Shown: positions 1 through 12,800, counted from the first letter of the whole stretch. The stretch is DNA of 57,360 nucleotides, filler included, from Thelocarpon superellum (GCA_026025795.1; 4 parts of 4 records of this genome joined end to end with filler, not necessarily neighbours in it), one strand, 5' to 3'. Notes: a model not told the origin generated them from the sequence alone. Made by a program: numbers and translations.

Positions 1-144
1 ACTCATGCGCTACTCTACGACTGTCACTACGGTTTCCCAACGACTGATCAACACGACTGATCAACCAACCACCACCCGACGGACTGGAAACCGCGGGGCT
101 GGAGCACATACGATAATACCTGTACGACGACACTACACTATACC

Positions 145-154
145 CACACAAACA

Positions 155-199
<45 letters not shown>
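145..199. repeat. (CA)n microsatellite
   Basis: Direct reading of an almost pure CA run. Neighbouring short (TTGAC/TCGAC)n and (GGATT)n arrays at about 342-381 and 482-512. Confidence 0.95.
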
Positions 200-201
<2 letters not shown>

Positions 202-623
202 GCGCGCACAACACCTGACCTACCTCATCATCCAGAGGCAGGATCGCAACCATGGCTATGACGACGGCGGGCGTTGGTTGTACATTTTCCCTTGTTGACT
301 TTTTATTCACTCATTGGATCGAGGATTCGATGGAAAGAGGTCGACTTGACTTGACTTGACTCGACTCGATTCGACTCGACTCTAATGAGAACGGCTTGAT
401 TCTTCCGCCTTCTCCCTCCTTTTTTTCTCTTAATGTCTCTAGACCGAGTTGGAGGAACGGGGCTGGATGAATGATGGGGTGGGGATTGGGTGGATTGGAT
501 GGGATTGGATTGGATAGGACAGGATGTACAAATCATGAGAACCCCCCCTCTTCACAGGAATCCAAAGTTCCGCATTCCGCATAAGAGAAGAGAAGAGAAG
601 AGAACGACAAGGAGGAAAAGAAA

Positions 624-3600
624 CTACAGTTGCTCAATGGAGCCTATGATTCGCTTCAGCCTCTCTTCCTCTTCCTCTCCCTCTTCCTCTCCCTCTCCCT
701 CCCCTTCTCTTTCCTCTTCTTCCGTCCCCGCGTTCATGTCCACGTCGGCATCTGCATCTCTCCTTCTCCCTCCTCCCGCTCCTCCCTGCGTAAATGCACC
801 GTTGGACAAAGAATCTTGTACCAGCATTCGAGACCTGCTCTCCGCTTGTGTCAGCCTTGTCCTAACACACTCTGCCTCATCTTGAGAGCAGAGCAGAGCA
901 GAGCAGAGCAGAGCAGAGCAGAGCAGAGCATAGAGAGCCGAGAGCAACGAATAAAAGAGGGGAGAGAGGGAACGATGACGTACAAACACCCCAGCTTCCT
1001 CTCTCGAATCCTCTCCTCCAGCTCCCGAGACTTGATCTTGGCTACCTCCAATACGCCATCTGGTATCGCTGCCAGTCGCGCCACGTTTAGCCTGCCCCAG
1101 TTAGCTTTCCCCTCTACTCCCCCCCTCCTCTCAACTTCTCCCCCGAGTTGGGATGAAGGAATCGTACTCACCCATAGCTCCTATGAGCTACTCCCTCGTC
1201 AACTTCATAGAGAAACGTTATCTCTTTTCCTCCTCCCTCGTCACCCCTCCCCCCACCTGTCCCCGTCTCCGTCTCCCGAAATCGCATGTGCACGTTCTTC
1301 AACACTCCCCTGTCGAATCCTCGGCTCACCGAGCTCAAGCTCTGGTAATGCGTGATGAACAGCGTGAGACACCTGATCTGCCGAACCACGTATTCCAGCA
1401 CCGCATGTGCAATGGCCACGCCGTCGTGCGTGGACGTGCCTCGGCCCAGCTCGTCGAGAATCACCAGTGATCGGGGCGTCGCCTGCTTCAAGATGTCGCT
1501 GGTCTCTGACAGCTCCACCATGAACGTGCTCTCGCCCGCCATCATGTTGTCAAAGGCCCCCATTCGCGTAAACACCGCGTCCAGCATGCCAAGTCGTGCC
1601 GAGGCGGCGGGGACGTATGACCCGATCTGTCCCATGATGGCGATGAGGGCCACCTGTCGCACGTAGCTGGACTTTCCGCCCATGTTCGGCCCCGTGATGA
1701 GGAGAGCACGCGTGCCGTCGCTGTCGAGCTCGATGCTGTTCGGCACGTAGCTCTCGAGGAGGAGTTGCTCTACCATCGGATGCCGGCCTCGTTCCACGGA
1801 GATGCTGGCATCAATGGTGTATTCCGGCTTCACGTATCCCGTTTGACTCGCCACCGTGGCCAGCGAGAGCAGACAGTCGAGCGTGGCCAAGGCTTGGATG
1901 CAGTCGCGGAAGGAAGAGTACTCGGCGGCAATCTCGGTCAGGAGCTGCGCAAATGCGACGTCACACGCCGCCGCCAACGCTTCCTTGTGTTGGTCCCTCT
2001 CACGCGTCAGTCGAACCACCTCTGGTGTGTGAAATCGTGAGACCCTCTTCGTCCCGCTGATCTTCGCCCATGACGCTGGCACATTCCTGAGTTGAGCGTT
2101 ATCGACCTCGATCAGATACTGCTTCAGTTAGTGCAGCTCTTCATCAGAAGATTCAAGGCTCACTTCAATTCCAGCCACCGTCACATAATCCACCTTCTTC
2201 TTGCGAATCTTCTCCGCGGCCAGGGCCCGATGACCATCCAGCTCATGCTCCACGCTGGCGATGCCTAGTTTCTGCTCCTCGATCTCCTCCGTCTCATCCT
2301 CGTCTCGAAAGAAGGAGTATTTGTCGTCTTGCTTGGCCGCCTCTGGATTGATCTTGTCCAGGAATCGCTCTACCGCCTCGGCAATTACGGGAAGAGCCGC
2401 TACCGCGGTGTTGAGCTGTGCCGATTGAAACACATCGCCCTGGCTCTGGACGAATGCGAATTCGTTGGCGATCCGTTGCATCGTTTGCAATACCGTCAAC
2501 AGCTCAGGGCGGGTACATTTGCCGTAGTAGACGCGGATCAGACTCTTCTCAAGGTCGGTCTTCACCTTTCCTAGCAAGCCCGTCACCTTCTCCACCATTG
2601 TCGTCCCCTCGCCCCGCTTGAGCTCCTCCACCGCAGCCACTCGCTGCTCCAGCTTGCTCTTGTCCAGGAGCGGTCGACCCACCCACTTTCGAAGTAAGCG
2701 TTGACCGAACCGCGTTTGCGTTCGATCCAAAGTCCAGAAAAGACTTCCTCGTTCTGCATGATCCGTCTGATTCCGGTAGATCTCCAGACTCGTCAGGGTG
2801 TTTCCATTCAAAAGCATGTGAGACCTCGCGCTGAATGACTGGAAATATTTGGTCAGATCAAAGACATGCTCCAGCCCATATTCCGTCATGTGCGTGATCA
2901 TGCCCGACAAACAGATGGTCACTTGGTCTGAAAGTTTCAACACCCTTTCAAGCAGGTTGCTAGCCGTTTCGTCCGCCGTCTTTGCTCCTTTCAGCTTTTC
3001 GGCGTAAAAGGTGGCGATGTGGTTGTACGATTGTGCCGATGCCGTCTTGGATTTTTCCATCCTCTCGATGCGAATCTTTTCCCCAAAGACCGTGGTGCTT
3101 CCCGATAAGTGATGAAGCAACTTCTCCGTAGCCTTGGAGAGCTCGCCAACGATGACCAGCTCGCAAGGCGCAACTGCAAGAGTCAGCAGTTGTTGCACCA
3201 AGCACCATGATACATACTGTGCAGGAGTCGCGTCTCAATCTCACTCCTCATGAAGCCGTCTTCAAAATCGTCGTAGATGACGTCGCCTGTCGCCGGCTGT
3301 ACAGCGACGATTCCTACCTGGACCTTTTCGTCGGTCCCCCATCCCTTGGCATTGGTCTCGGTGATGCACAGAAGATAGCCACTTGCTGGAGCCCCGCCAC
3401 TCGGACCATCGGTGGACGACTCAAGACCATCGACGTCGTCGATGTAGGTCCCTTTGGTGTAGACATTGGTGAGCTTTCGCACGAACGGAGCGTTTCGATT
3501 ATCCCCAGCCGCCTTGAGAGCGGCCGTCTCGAGCTGTCGCACGACCCCGACCTTGTGTCCGGCGGCGACCAGTCGCTTGACATGAACGTGGAGTCGATGG

Positions 3601-4611
3601 ACGGGAATGCTAGCGGATGCAAACCGGTCGATATGAGCCTCGGAAGGATCTTTCCAGGTTAGTTGAGCCAAGAAGAGTGGAAGCGGGGGTCTTACGTTCG
3701 TCGTATCGAAATTTCCCAGGGATGCAGACAATGCTGAGTTCCTTGGCCGCCGTTCGGGCATCCTCTCCAAAGAAGCGAAACTTGTATCCGACCTCAACGA
3801 CAAGGATAGTATCCATGTGTGTTGTCTTGATTTCCAATATTTGCTTCTCCATCGGCGTCAATTTCGATGTGGCCTTTTTACCGGCGGTCCCTTTCCGACC
3901 ATCTTTACTCGTTGTGGCCCTCCCCTCTTCCTCGTCTTCCGCCAGCTCGCCATCTTCCGCGTCCGCGGTTTCCTCGGCGACGAAGCGATTTCGTCGTTTG
4001 ATTTCAGCGATGCTATCTGGACGGCCGAGTTTCTTGACAAATCGACGATGCAGCTCCTCTCGCGCGGAAATCACGGACGCTTGCTCGGTCTCAATAACCA
4101 CGGGCACTTCACCCTCGGGTTGACTGGAGCTCGCGAAGAGATACTTTGACGTGCGCGTCGAGAGTTGCGGGGATCCATTCGAGGAGCTTGGCGGCCGAGG
4201 TCGGCTGGTATTGGCGGCATTCGTCTTGACCGACTCTGCACGAGGAAGGATGGGGAGATGGTGTGTGGGCGACTCTGACTGGATCCGGACCCGTTTCGTA
4301 GAGCGGCGGGGCTCGTCGGTCACTCCATCCTTGTCCTGAGCAGCGTCTTCTCGTGCCCTCTTTGATCCGCTGTCAGAGTCAGACACGAACAAGCCATCCC
4401 CATGCCTTTCCTCTGAAGTGTCGTCTAATTGAGGGGTGGCGTGGCTTTCCACCTCCGGGGAATCGTCCAGCTGAGGGGCAGCACGAGATTTCGACTGGAA
4501 AGACGGCGGGTTCGATTGCGAGGGGGTCGGTTTGGGGGAGAAAAAGGACGAGATGGATTTCTGTTTCTTGGCGGCCGGAGAGGACTGAGAAAGGCGGTTC
4601 AGTCCCGGCAT
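624..4611 (-). CDS. MSH3: DNA mismatch repair protein Msh3 (MutS-beta subunit), multi-exon
   Basis: N-terminal PIP-like QKSISSFF; mismatch domain [12 protein letters not shown]...[14 protein letters not shown] (Lys in place of the Msh6 Phe); ATPase motifs [30 protein letters not shown] and FITHY; C-terminal [12 protein letters not shown] introns near 3653-3695, 3178-3218, 2122-2164, 1092-1171 and 835-983 (the first three approximate). Confidence 0.95.
886..930. repeat. (GAGCA)n microsatellite inside the last MSH3 intron
   Basis: About 9 tandem GAGCA units inside the predicted intron 835-983. Confidence 0.9.
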
Positions 4612-4890
4612 GACGCACGATGACTGGCTCTCTCACGAGCATGCGTCAATTCGGCAGTTCGTCAATTCGTCGACCGGCCGGTGGTCTTTACATTTCTTCG
4701 ATAGCGTGCACCTGCTCAACTCGATACAGATCACTGCTTGCCACCGGGTGTCGATGACCGTGAGTTGGTCGCGTAGCATATTCCGAGCGTCAGGTCACGT
4801 GTTGTCGCGTTCCACCCTCTGCGTGACGTGATGACGCACTGAGGGTGGTTTCGAACATGGAACTAGGAGATACTCGCTGTGAACGGGGGC

Positions 4891-4911
4891 GCACGTGACT
4901 CAGTCACGTGC
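4891..4911. promoter_or_regulatory. Perfect palindrome GCACGTGACT-C-AGTCACGTGC: two GTCACGTG E-boxes around a TGACTCA core, upstream of MSH3
   Basis: Seen directly. GTCACGTG is the Cbf1-type bHLH site and TGACTCA the Gcn4/CpcA-type bZIP site. Function is inferred. Confidence 0.45.
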
Positions 4912-4929
4912 AGCTCTATGTTGCGCAGA

Positions 4930-5080
4930 GTTGTTGCGCAGTGAGAATACAGTGTAGATAGTATCAAGGCTAGCTATCAAGACTCTGCTTGGGTCTCCCC
5001 ATACTAATTATATGGGACTGACAAAGTGGCATTTCCTGTTCTGCCTTCCATGAACACTCTATTATGTCATCTTCCAACGC
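4930..5080 (+). repeat. Dispersed ~150-bp element, copy 1
   Basis: Aligns by eye with 16195-16342 (same strand) and 29549-29700 (opposite strand). Shared blocks: TTGTTG.GCAG, TACAG.GTAGATAG, CTCTGCT.GGGTCTCCCCATA and ATTATGTCATCT. Confidence 0.85.
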
Positions 5081-5264
5081 TTTATATACTTTCTCAGCTA
5101 CGCGTACAATTTGCAATACAGCTCTCATTCCTACAGCTGCACATATGAGCATCTCGAGAGGTACCCAAATACATCAGGATCCATACAGCAGGTCCACCCG
5201 TGTACAAGCTCCTCACGAAGACCATGATGCCACCAGGACCAACCCAGACTCCCCCGCCATTCCA

Positions 5265-6312
5265 TCACGCTCGCCGCAAATCGTCCAATGTGAGGTCATC
5301 TGAATTCTCGGCCCAATCCCACACATCTGCAGACCAATCCAATGAGGTGGGCAGAGGGACGATGCCATCGGGGGCAAAGCAGCACTGTTCGTGAACGTAG
5401 CTCGTATTGCACAGACAGCGCGGCATTACGAGGTCACGCTTCAGCGGCAAGGAGGCGCACATGCCCAGGGTTCCCAAAACGGCGCCGATGCCTGCATGTA
5501 CACTTGGCTGGCATGTGGTACAGCCCCCGCGGGCTCCGTGGCTAGGGCAATCGTTGTTGCTCTTGCATCGGCGATGACCACAACGCCAACGTGCTCTGGC
5601 GCCCGCCATTAACGCAGACGGGGATGATGCGGGTGCGGATGGCGCTGATTGTCCGGCGGGAGGCCTGACCGGCACCTTGCCCAGGGAACATATGTTGTCG
5701 GCCGAATTACTGCAAGTGTTTGGTGGCGGGTTGGCTGCGCCACCGAAGCCACCGAGGGTGCCCAGGAGCGAGGTCAGACTTTGGCGAGAATCGGATCCTG
5801 ATTGACTGGCTTCGTAGCTCATGCGACCGACGTCCTCGAACCAGCCGTTGTCCTCGCTCTCGCTGTTGTCTTTGCTCTCGCCATCGTCCCAAGTCGATTG
5901 ATCCTCTGGCACAACACATGCACACGTATCATAGCACTCATGATGGTAGAGGTCCCAGAGAGTCTGGTTGGATGGGTTGTCGCACAGGAGACTCGCCGTT
6001 GTTGCTGTCAGCGGTTGGCACTTGCACCCAATCTCTTCACAGATAGTGTGCATTTCGATATCACTTGGTCCGCCAGGCTGGCCATCGGTCACGCAGAAGG
6101 CGTACTGTCAACCCTCGCGAGCCATCAGCCATGAGCAGTCGGGGCGGGGACACGCCCCTCGACCCGAAACATACCGCCTTTGGTGGCTCCAGTGATTTCC
6201 GCGGCACCAGCCCTGGCACGGCGGATGTCGCGCCTTGGGGCCATGCGGCCACGCGCAGGGCGAGGAGCGAGATGTGGAGAGCGTTGATGCCCGACAGCCG
6301 CGGCCTTGCCAT
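5265..6312 (-). CDS. Secreted modular cysteine-rich protein A (~325 aa, unknown function)
   Basis: Signal-peptide-like MARPRLSGINALHISLLALRVAA; phase-0 intron 6105-6174 (GTATGT...ACAG); 8-Cys N-domain, acidic linker, 6-Cys middle domain, KR|D site and C-terminal CLCNTSYVHEQCCFAPDGIV. Confidence 0.8.
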
Positions 6313-7542
6313 GCTCGACGGGTGAGGGCAAAGATCACTGGCGATCGAGCAACATGGGTTGTCGGTGGGCTGGCGGAAGTCATGACCAGGCAGTAATGCG
6401 TCTTAAGGGTCTCGTCCAGACCCCGAGCCAACGGACGATCGGGATCGAACACCTTGGTCTCCGGACGGCGTGCGCGTGATGGTTCGTGGTTCCCAAGCTG
6501 CGGGTTACTGGACGGGATGCTCTCTACAGCTCTTGAATAGGGAGGTGGTGGAGACACTCGGACCACACAGGGATCCGGCAGCGGGAGGCATATGCCAAGC
6601 GGCGCACCACGTTCACGCCCCAACTCGTCCCTGGGACCAGGCGGCATGACTACTTGCCTGGTCGGGTCGGCTGGGATGGGTCGGACATGCAGATAGCTTC
6701 AAAACGGAGAGCAATGGCAAGGATTCCTCGTGCTTCCTGCGGGGTGCATGCAAGCACCACGGCGACTTGGGATGGGCATCACGAAAATTACGCAATCTCA
6801 TCGTCCAAACCCGCAAGATGGGTCAAGCTTCACGACGATAAGCAGGAATCCTTGCAGAGGGAAGTGCCCCTGGTAGCATCAGACGAACGGTGCTACCAAC
6901 ATGACGTTCTTGTGAGCTGAACCATTCGTTGCTTCGTCGAGACTGCGCAGCTTCAGAAGCATGTTGGGCATGGCTTTGGCTCTCAGTAGAAGCGAACGGC
7001 GGACGAGTGCAGGTAGGCGCACAGCAGCAAAGGCAACGAAGCGCAGCCGGGAGAGTCACCCGCACGTACGGCGGTAGGCGGTATGTTAACGGAAGGTCCG
7101 CGGTCCAAGTGCCGCGCCATTCACGAGCTGCCGTCGCTCGGCTGCCCCACGTACCCCCACGACGCGGCCGATCCCCTATGATACGGCACGGCGGGCCTTA
7201 CTTGTGCTCGTACCCACATGCAACTGGCATCTCGAGGCCACATCAGTTGATGCACCACACCGCCTTGTTCCTCCACACAAGACAAGCGGCTTCCTGGGCA
7301 TGGACAGAACTGTGCGTTCCCACAAGCGAATGTGCAGGCTTGTGCATAGACCGAGCTTGGACCGGGTCATCTGGTCAGGGAAGGGTCGAAGATCGTGAAA
7401 ATTGTATGTACTGACATTGTGAAGGACTATGCGCGACCGAGGCCGCCCTCTGCTACCCTATGCTACCCTAATATGCCTGGCCTGAGAAGTGCGGCCAAAA
7501 GAGAAGATGGAGACGCTGCCAAAGATTCTCCCGGCCCCCACA

Positions 7543-8596
7543 CTACGTCGAAAGATGCCTCGCCAAGGTCTCAGGCATTGACTCCACCTCCCACCATTCG
7601 TCGTCACCTTTGAGCCGGATCTCGCCGAGCTTCAGATACGCCGGCTCATGGACGATGCCCGATGGCTGGAAGCAGCACTGCCGACTGATGTATGTCATGT
7701 TGCAGGCACACTCTAGTCTGTCATCCTCTCGCGCCTCGTCCGCCACCGTCGTGTCCCGCTTGGGGGAAGACTCGGCCGGACCCGGCAGGAAGGCGCATCG
7801 GCCCCGTCGGCTGCGCCGGTTCGTCATGGCGTCCAAGGGATCCATCACGCCATCCAATCTCTCTGTCGGCAGTCGGCAGACGTGACAGGAGGAAAAGACG
7901 CCCGTCAGCCGCGTGCAATTATCGGCGCTCACGCAGTGACCCTGCCGACCAAGAGGACAGCGATGAGGTCGGGCCGGGTGGTCGGAGTCCTGGGCTGGGA
8001 GCGGATTCACTGGGGCGTGCAGATCCTCGTTCACGGGCGGTGGGTTAGCGGCGGGAAGGTCTTCAACGCACTGGGAGCTGGTGCGAGAGCCCCCTGAGCT
8101 GGATGGCCACGAGCACGAGGCTTGCCTGTGCTCTTCATCTTCATCGTCGTCTTTACCGTAGACAACCTCTAACCAGTCTGGATCCGCTTCAACCGCGACG
8201 GTGTCGAGACGAGAGAAGAGCGTGTCGGTACATCGGCAGTCCTGGGCACATTGCTGTTGCTCCGCTGTCTGGTTGCTCCGCCCTCTGAATCGACAAAGTG
8301 GGGGGCCCATGGGTATGATACATTGACACCCGGCCGCCCGACAAGCATCCGTTGGGGCTTGCCCATCGTCGGCGCTTGATCCATCGCAACTGAAGACAAA
8401 CCCCTATACAATCGAGCCGGTCGGTCAGTCAGGAGTCCATCGAAAGCAGGACGTAAAGGCTTACCGAGTATGTATTCACTCGCTTGGAGACGGACATGCT
8501 CGAGACCGAGCTTTGGTGTAGCACCGTGAGTAAGGTTGGAGCCAGGAAGAGAAGCAACCCTCCAGGGCCCATCTTCGGCCAACCCATCACCCGCAT
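7543..8596 (-). CDS. Secreted modular cysteine-rich protein B (~330 aa, paralog of A)
   Basis: Hydrophobic leader GLLLFLAPTLLTVL followed by SKR; phase-0 intron 8404-8464 (GTAAGC...CTGAC...ATAG); the same three Cys modules, KR|D site and CACNMTYISRQCCFQPSGIVHEP. The start may be a nearby alternative ATG. Confidence 0.8.
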
Positions 8597-9888
8597 GGTG
8601 ATAAGGCGGAGAGAGTCTGCACCAAAGGGCCCCCTCCCTGCTGGGGCAGCGTCCAACGCCCACCCAGATGCTCAGAGGATAGAAAGATCAGCAATCGGTC
8701 AAGCGCGGCGTCATCAGCATGTTAATAAGGGAGATGGCACACTGCCCACCTCCTTGGCTGCGGCGCCTGTCTCAGCCTCCGATAAGACAGCATGGGAGCC
8801 ACGAGGCCGCGTTAAGCCCACCCACAAAGCTACTTGCGACGGAAGGCGTCATCGCTCCATAGTGTTTCGCGGCCAGCACTTCGGCCGTGCAAGCTCCACT
8901 GCCATGGCCAGGCCAGTGTCCTAGCGCGCCTGCGGTAACCAGGCAAACCCATCTCAGGCGTCATGAACCCAGCCGTTTTGTCTGACACGGTCCAGCGCAG
9001 GACATTGCGAATGTTCAACTGCCTAGCTCGGGCAGCTCGTGGGATTTGACCACGCGTGGCGGCAAGATCATGCGTCGATTATAGGGCTCCGCTCGGCACC
9101 CACCACATGGACAGCTGGCGGCGAAAGGTTAAAAGGTTAATTTGCCCATCCGGAGACATAGACAAGTGAGCTGGCAGGACAGAAGGATGGCGTGCGATGT
9201 CGGCACAGAACAGGAGGGAGTGTGGGCCGGTGGTCCATCACTCCGAAACAGGGAGGTCGTGAAGCGCCAAGCGCGAAGCGTCTTCATCCACCATCCATCC
9301 ATCCATCCATCCATTACACCCACAGCATACGCGACCACGGCAATCATTGCCCGCTATCGTCCAATGGTGCGAGACAAGCGAACTGCAACTTCACCGCCTG
9401 ATTGAGTGGTGTGCACACAACATGATCGTGTCACAACTTGCACAAATGAGGGACCAGTGGAGCTGGGAGATCATGTGACTCACCTCACGTCCCGTGGGCA
9501 TCTCCGCCCTCAACCTGTAGCAGGCCCGGCGAGAAGAGCGAATAAGACCAACTCGCTACGTCCTTGGACTAGATAACCGAGCACAGCGACCCCGGCGGGC
9601 TTGCCACTACTGCAGAGCGTCAAGTGGCCCGAGATGGGCCTACACATTTCTGGCACGGTGCTGAGCAGGTGATCCACGCGCAAGCCTGGAGATGCGCCGA
9701 TGCTTATGGTGGCAGAATGGGATGATCTGTTGCTTTTGGGAGATGCGTCCTGGAGTAGATAGAAAGCTATCCTGGGATGGAGAGGGAACAACCACGGCCG
9801 CAACGTGAGCCGAGGGAACTGGGGAACGAGGACCGTGACTTCTGGCTCGAGACAAAGGATCGCATTGCTGCTCGTGAGACACTCGCCA

Positions 9889-12800
9889 TCACTGACCCTC
9901 GAGCGCTGGTCCCTGCTCCGTCTGCTGGCTGTCCGGGACAGTCTTCTGCCTTGCCCCATTCTCCTCTGCTTCGCGCTGGCTCGCTTCGTTTCCTTCCTCC
10001 GCCTCTGCAGCTTCCTGCCAGTCCTCCACTACGACCGATTCCTCCTTCCTCTTCTCCTTCACCCGCTCCTTGGACTTCTTCGAGCTCGCCACGCCCGACC
10101 CATGACCTAAGACGCTGAAGATCGTGCCGCCGCCGATGCGCGACGACGACAGCCAGGGATATGCGCCATCAGCCACGGATCGAGGTTGAGCCGCCGCTTT
10201 GGCGGCAACGTGACTCCACCCCTGACCAGAGCCGCTGGCTTCCGATTCGTGTCGGAGGAGATTGAGGGAAGCGTCGACATGACAGAGATGAAGCTGTGGC
10301 GTAGACGAGGACGCGCTTGTGGAGACAAAGTGATGGCGGGCCAAAAGTTTGATGAGAGGCGCGCGCAGACTCCGCAACTGAGTTTCAGCGGCAGCGGCAG
10401 CGGCAGCCGGGTGAGCAGCGATAGGAGGAGAGGCCGGCTGTAAGAGAACTTCTTCCGAGGGAAGAAAGTGCACGCGCAGTTCAGAATGACCGTGGGCCAT
10501 CACGAGCGGGGCGATAGCGTCTACCAACTCAGTCTCAGTCAGACCGAAGCGGGGCGCGCGGAAGAGGAGCGCGTTATACGGCGGCTCCGTTGCCGTGGCG
10601 AGTCGAGGAGGGGCGTCGGCCGCAGCGGGCCGGGGCGCGGTGGGCCGGAGCTCCACGCACTGCGCCAAGGTCCTGTGCGGCGCGGACACAAAGCGCGGGG
10701 TCTTAAAGAGAGCCACGTGTCGATGGGGCTCGGGATCCATGCTTTCGGAATCGAGACCATAATCGTCGGCCAGCAGATGCACAAAGGCACGCTGCTGGCT
10801 AGGCATCGGCTTGAGCCGCAGCCGTTTCTCCGCCTCGTTTCCGGCAAAGATGCGCAACGCCCGTTCCTGCTGCGCAGCCCACGTCACATTGTCGCGGTAC
10901 ATCTCGAGCGTCTCCTTGCCGTATGGGATGTGCTGGTCCGAATGCGTCTCGACATCAATTTTGAGCGCCACGGCCAGCTGATGATTGCGTGCCAGCCGCG
11001 CGCACTCGTCGTCGCAGCTCAGCGTCCGCCGAGCGTTTCCGTCACCGCTCTTGGAGGCGAGGCAGCGCATCTCCTGCTTTAGATGCTGGCACGCACAGGT
11101 AATCATGACCCGCTGGGCACATGGCTTCTCTTCGCGACACGGATAGGGCGCGTGGCAGGGGTCAGCGCAGGGATGGCCACAGAGTTTCTTGGCCTTGCCA
11201 CAGGCCTGCTCACATGGCGTCTCCGCATCCTCACACTTGCCCGGTCGATGGCAGGGACGACGGCAATAGTGCGATCCACAGCGGAGCATGTGTCCACAGG
11301 GCTCACCGCAGCGTACTTCACCCAGCCAGCAGGGCTGATGCTTCAGCGTCTTCTTCCCACACATGCATGGCTTCTCCGTCAGAAAGGCGCATTTGGGACA
11401 GGGCTCGTCATCGCCATGACATGGGTGAAAGATGGCCGGATGGCTGCAACTTTTGTCACGGCCGCAGGGAAAGGTGCAGGCGGGTGGTTTGGTGCCACAC
11501 GGTAGCGGAGGGTGGAGCACGGTGCGACCACAGTGACAGCTGACTTCCTCGAAGATGGCTTCCCGACAGCTCCCACAAGGCCCCTTGTGACAGAGCTCCG
11601 GGCATTCGTGCTGGCCGCATTTTAGCCGTCGTCCGCACACTCGCGTACAGATATGCTCTGCTTCCACGCCGCCGTCCAAGGGGTATGGCGCGGAGGCTGC
11701 GCCGAGAGGTCGTGCCTTGCGCTGGCCCGACTGGCGCTCCTGGGCCTTGCGTTCGCCTGGACAGCATCGCTCGCCACACTCGTGTCGACCGCAGTTGAGG
11801 GTGACTCGACACACGCGCGAGCACCACGGCGGCTCCGCGACGCCTTGGTGACAGGTCGTGGTGGTCGTGACACGGCCGCAGCGGCAGACGACATCGACTG
11901 TTTGGAGGCACGGCAAGCATGGCCCCGCATGGCAGTCCTGCTGGCAGCTGTGGCCGCATGCCAGTGGCTTTGAACAAGTCTCGGAACAGTTGGGGATAGG
12001 ATCGTCACACGTCCGCCGAGGCTGCCGTAGCAACTCTGAAAGTGGCGTCTTTCCGCACGGGCAGTGTGAGACGCGGTCGGGCGAGAGAGGGCAGTGAGCG
12101 GGGACGGGGTCCTGGGCGTGGCAGACCTTCTCGCAGTGATGCGTGCCACAGTCGAACGATCTCCCACATTGAGTCTCACATCGAAAGATACCCATCCAGC
12201 TCCGTTCCTCATCCTCATCCGCTCGCCTGCTCCGTCGCTCGTCGATCTGGTCTGCACAGGCAATCTTCCGAGCCTCCTTGCCACAATAGCAGATGCCATC
12301 AACCTCCACCTCACAGGCGCCGCAGAGCCCTTCATGGCACTCCCGTGGGCACGCGTGTTCTCCGCAAGGCATGGGATCGCTGCAGACTTTCCCGCAGGAC
12401 CATCCGGTATCGTATGCGGTGTCCACGCAACGTCGCGTCACCGCCTCCTTCCCGCAAAAGCAAGATTGAGTTGGTCCCACGTGGGTACATGGTGGACACG
12501 GGCCAGCATGGCACACTTGGTCACACGGATGGGGACAGCTTTTGGGTGCCGCCCGAGGCTTGCCGCATGTTTGGCCGCAGGAGTGAGGCGGGAGGCCGAC
12601 GTGGGATCGAGGTTCGACCTCCTTCTCGCACCAGCATGCATAGAGCTTGGGCACGGCGTCCTTGGGCAGATTGCAACCAGGACAACGCCACATCCTCGGT
12701 ACGGGCAGACTGCCGTCTTGATGTGGCTGGGCCATGGTCGAGCCTTCGTTTTTGGCCCATCGCTGAATGCATCCAAGGTGGAAGACTGTCCAGCAGGTCC

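Noticed and set aside
6105..6174. Apparent Cys motif AVCFG in ORF 6061-6312
   Set aside because: It lies inside the predicted GTATGT...ACAG intron.
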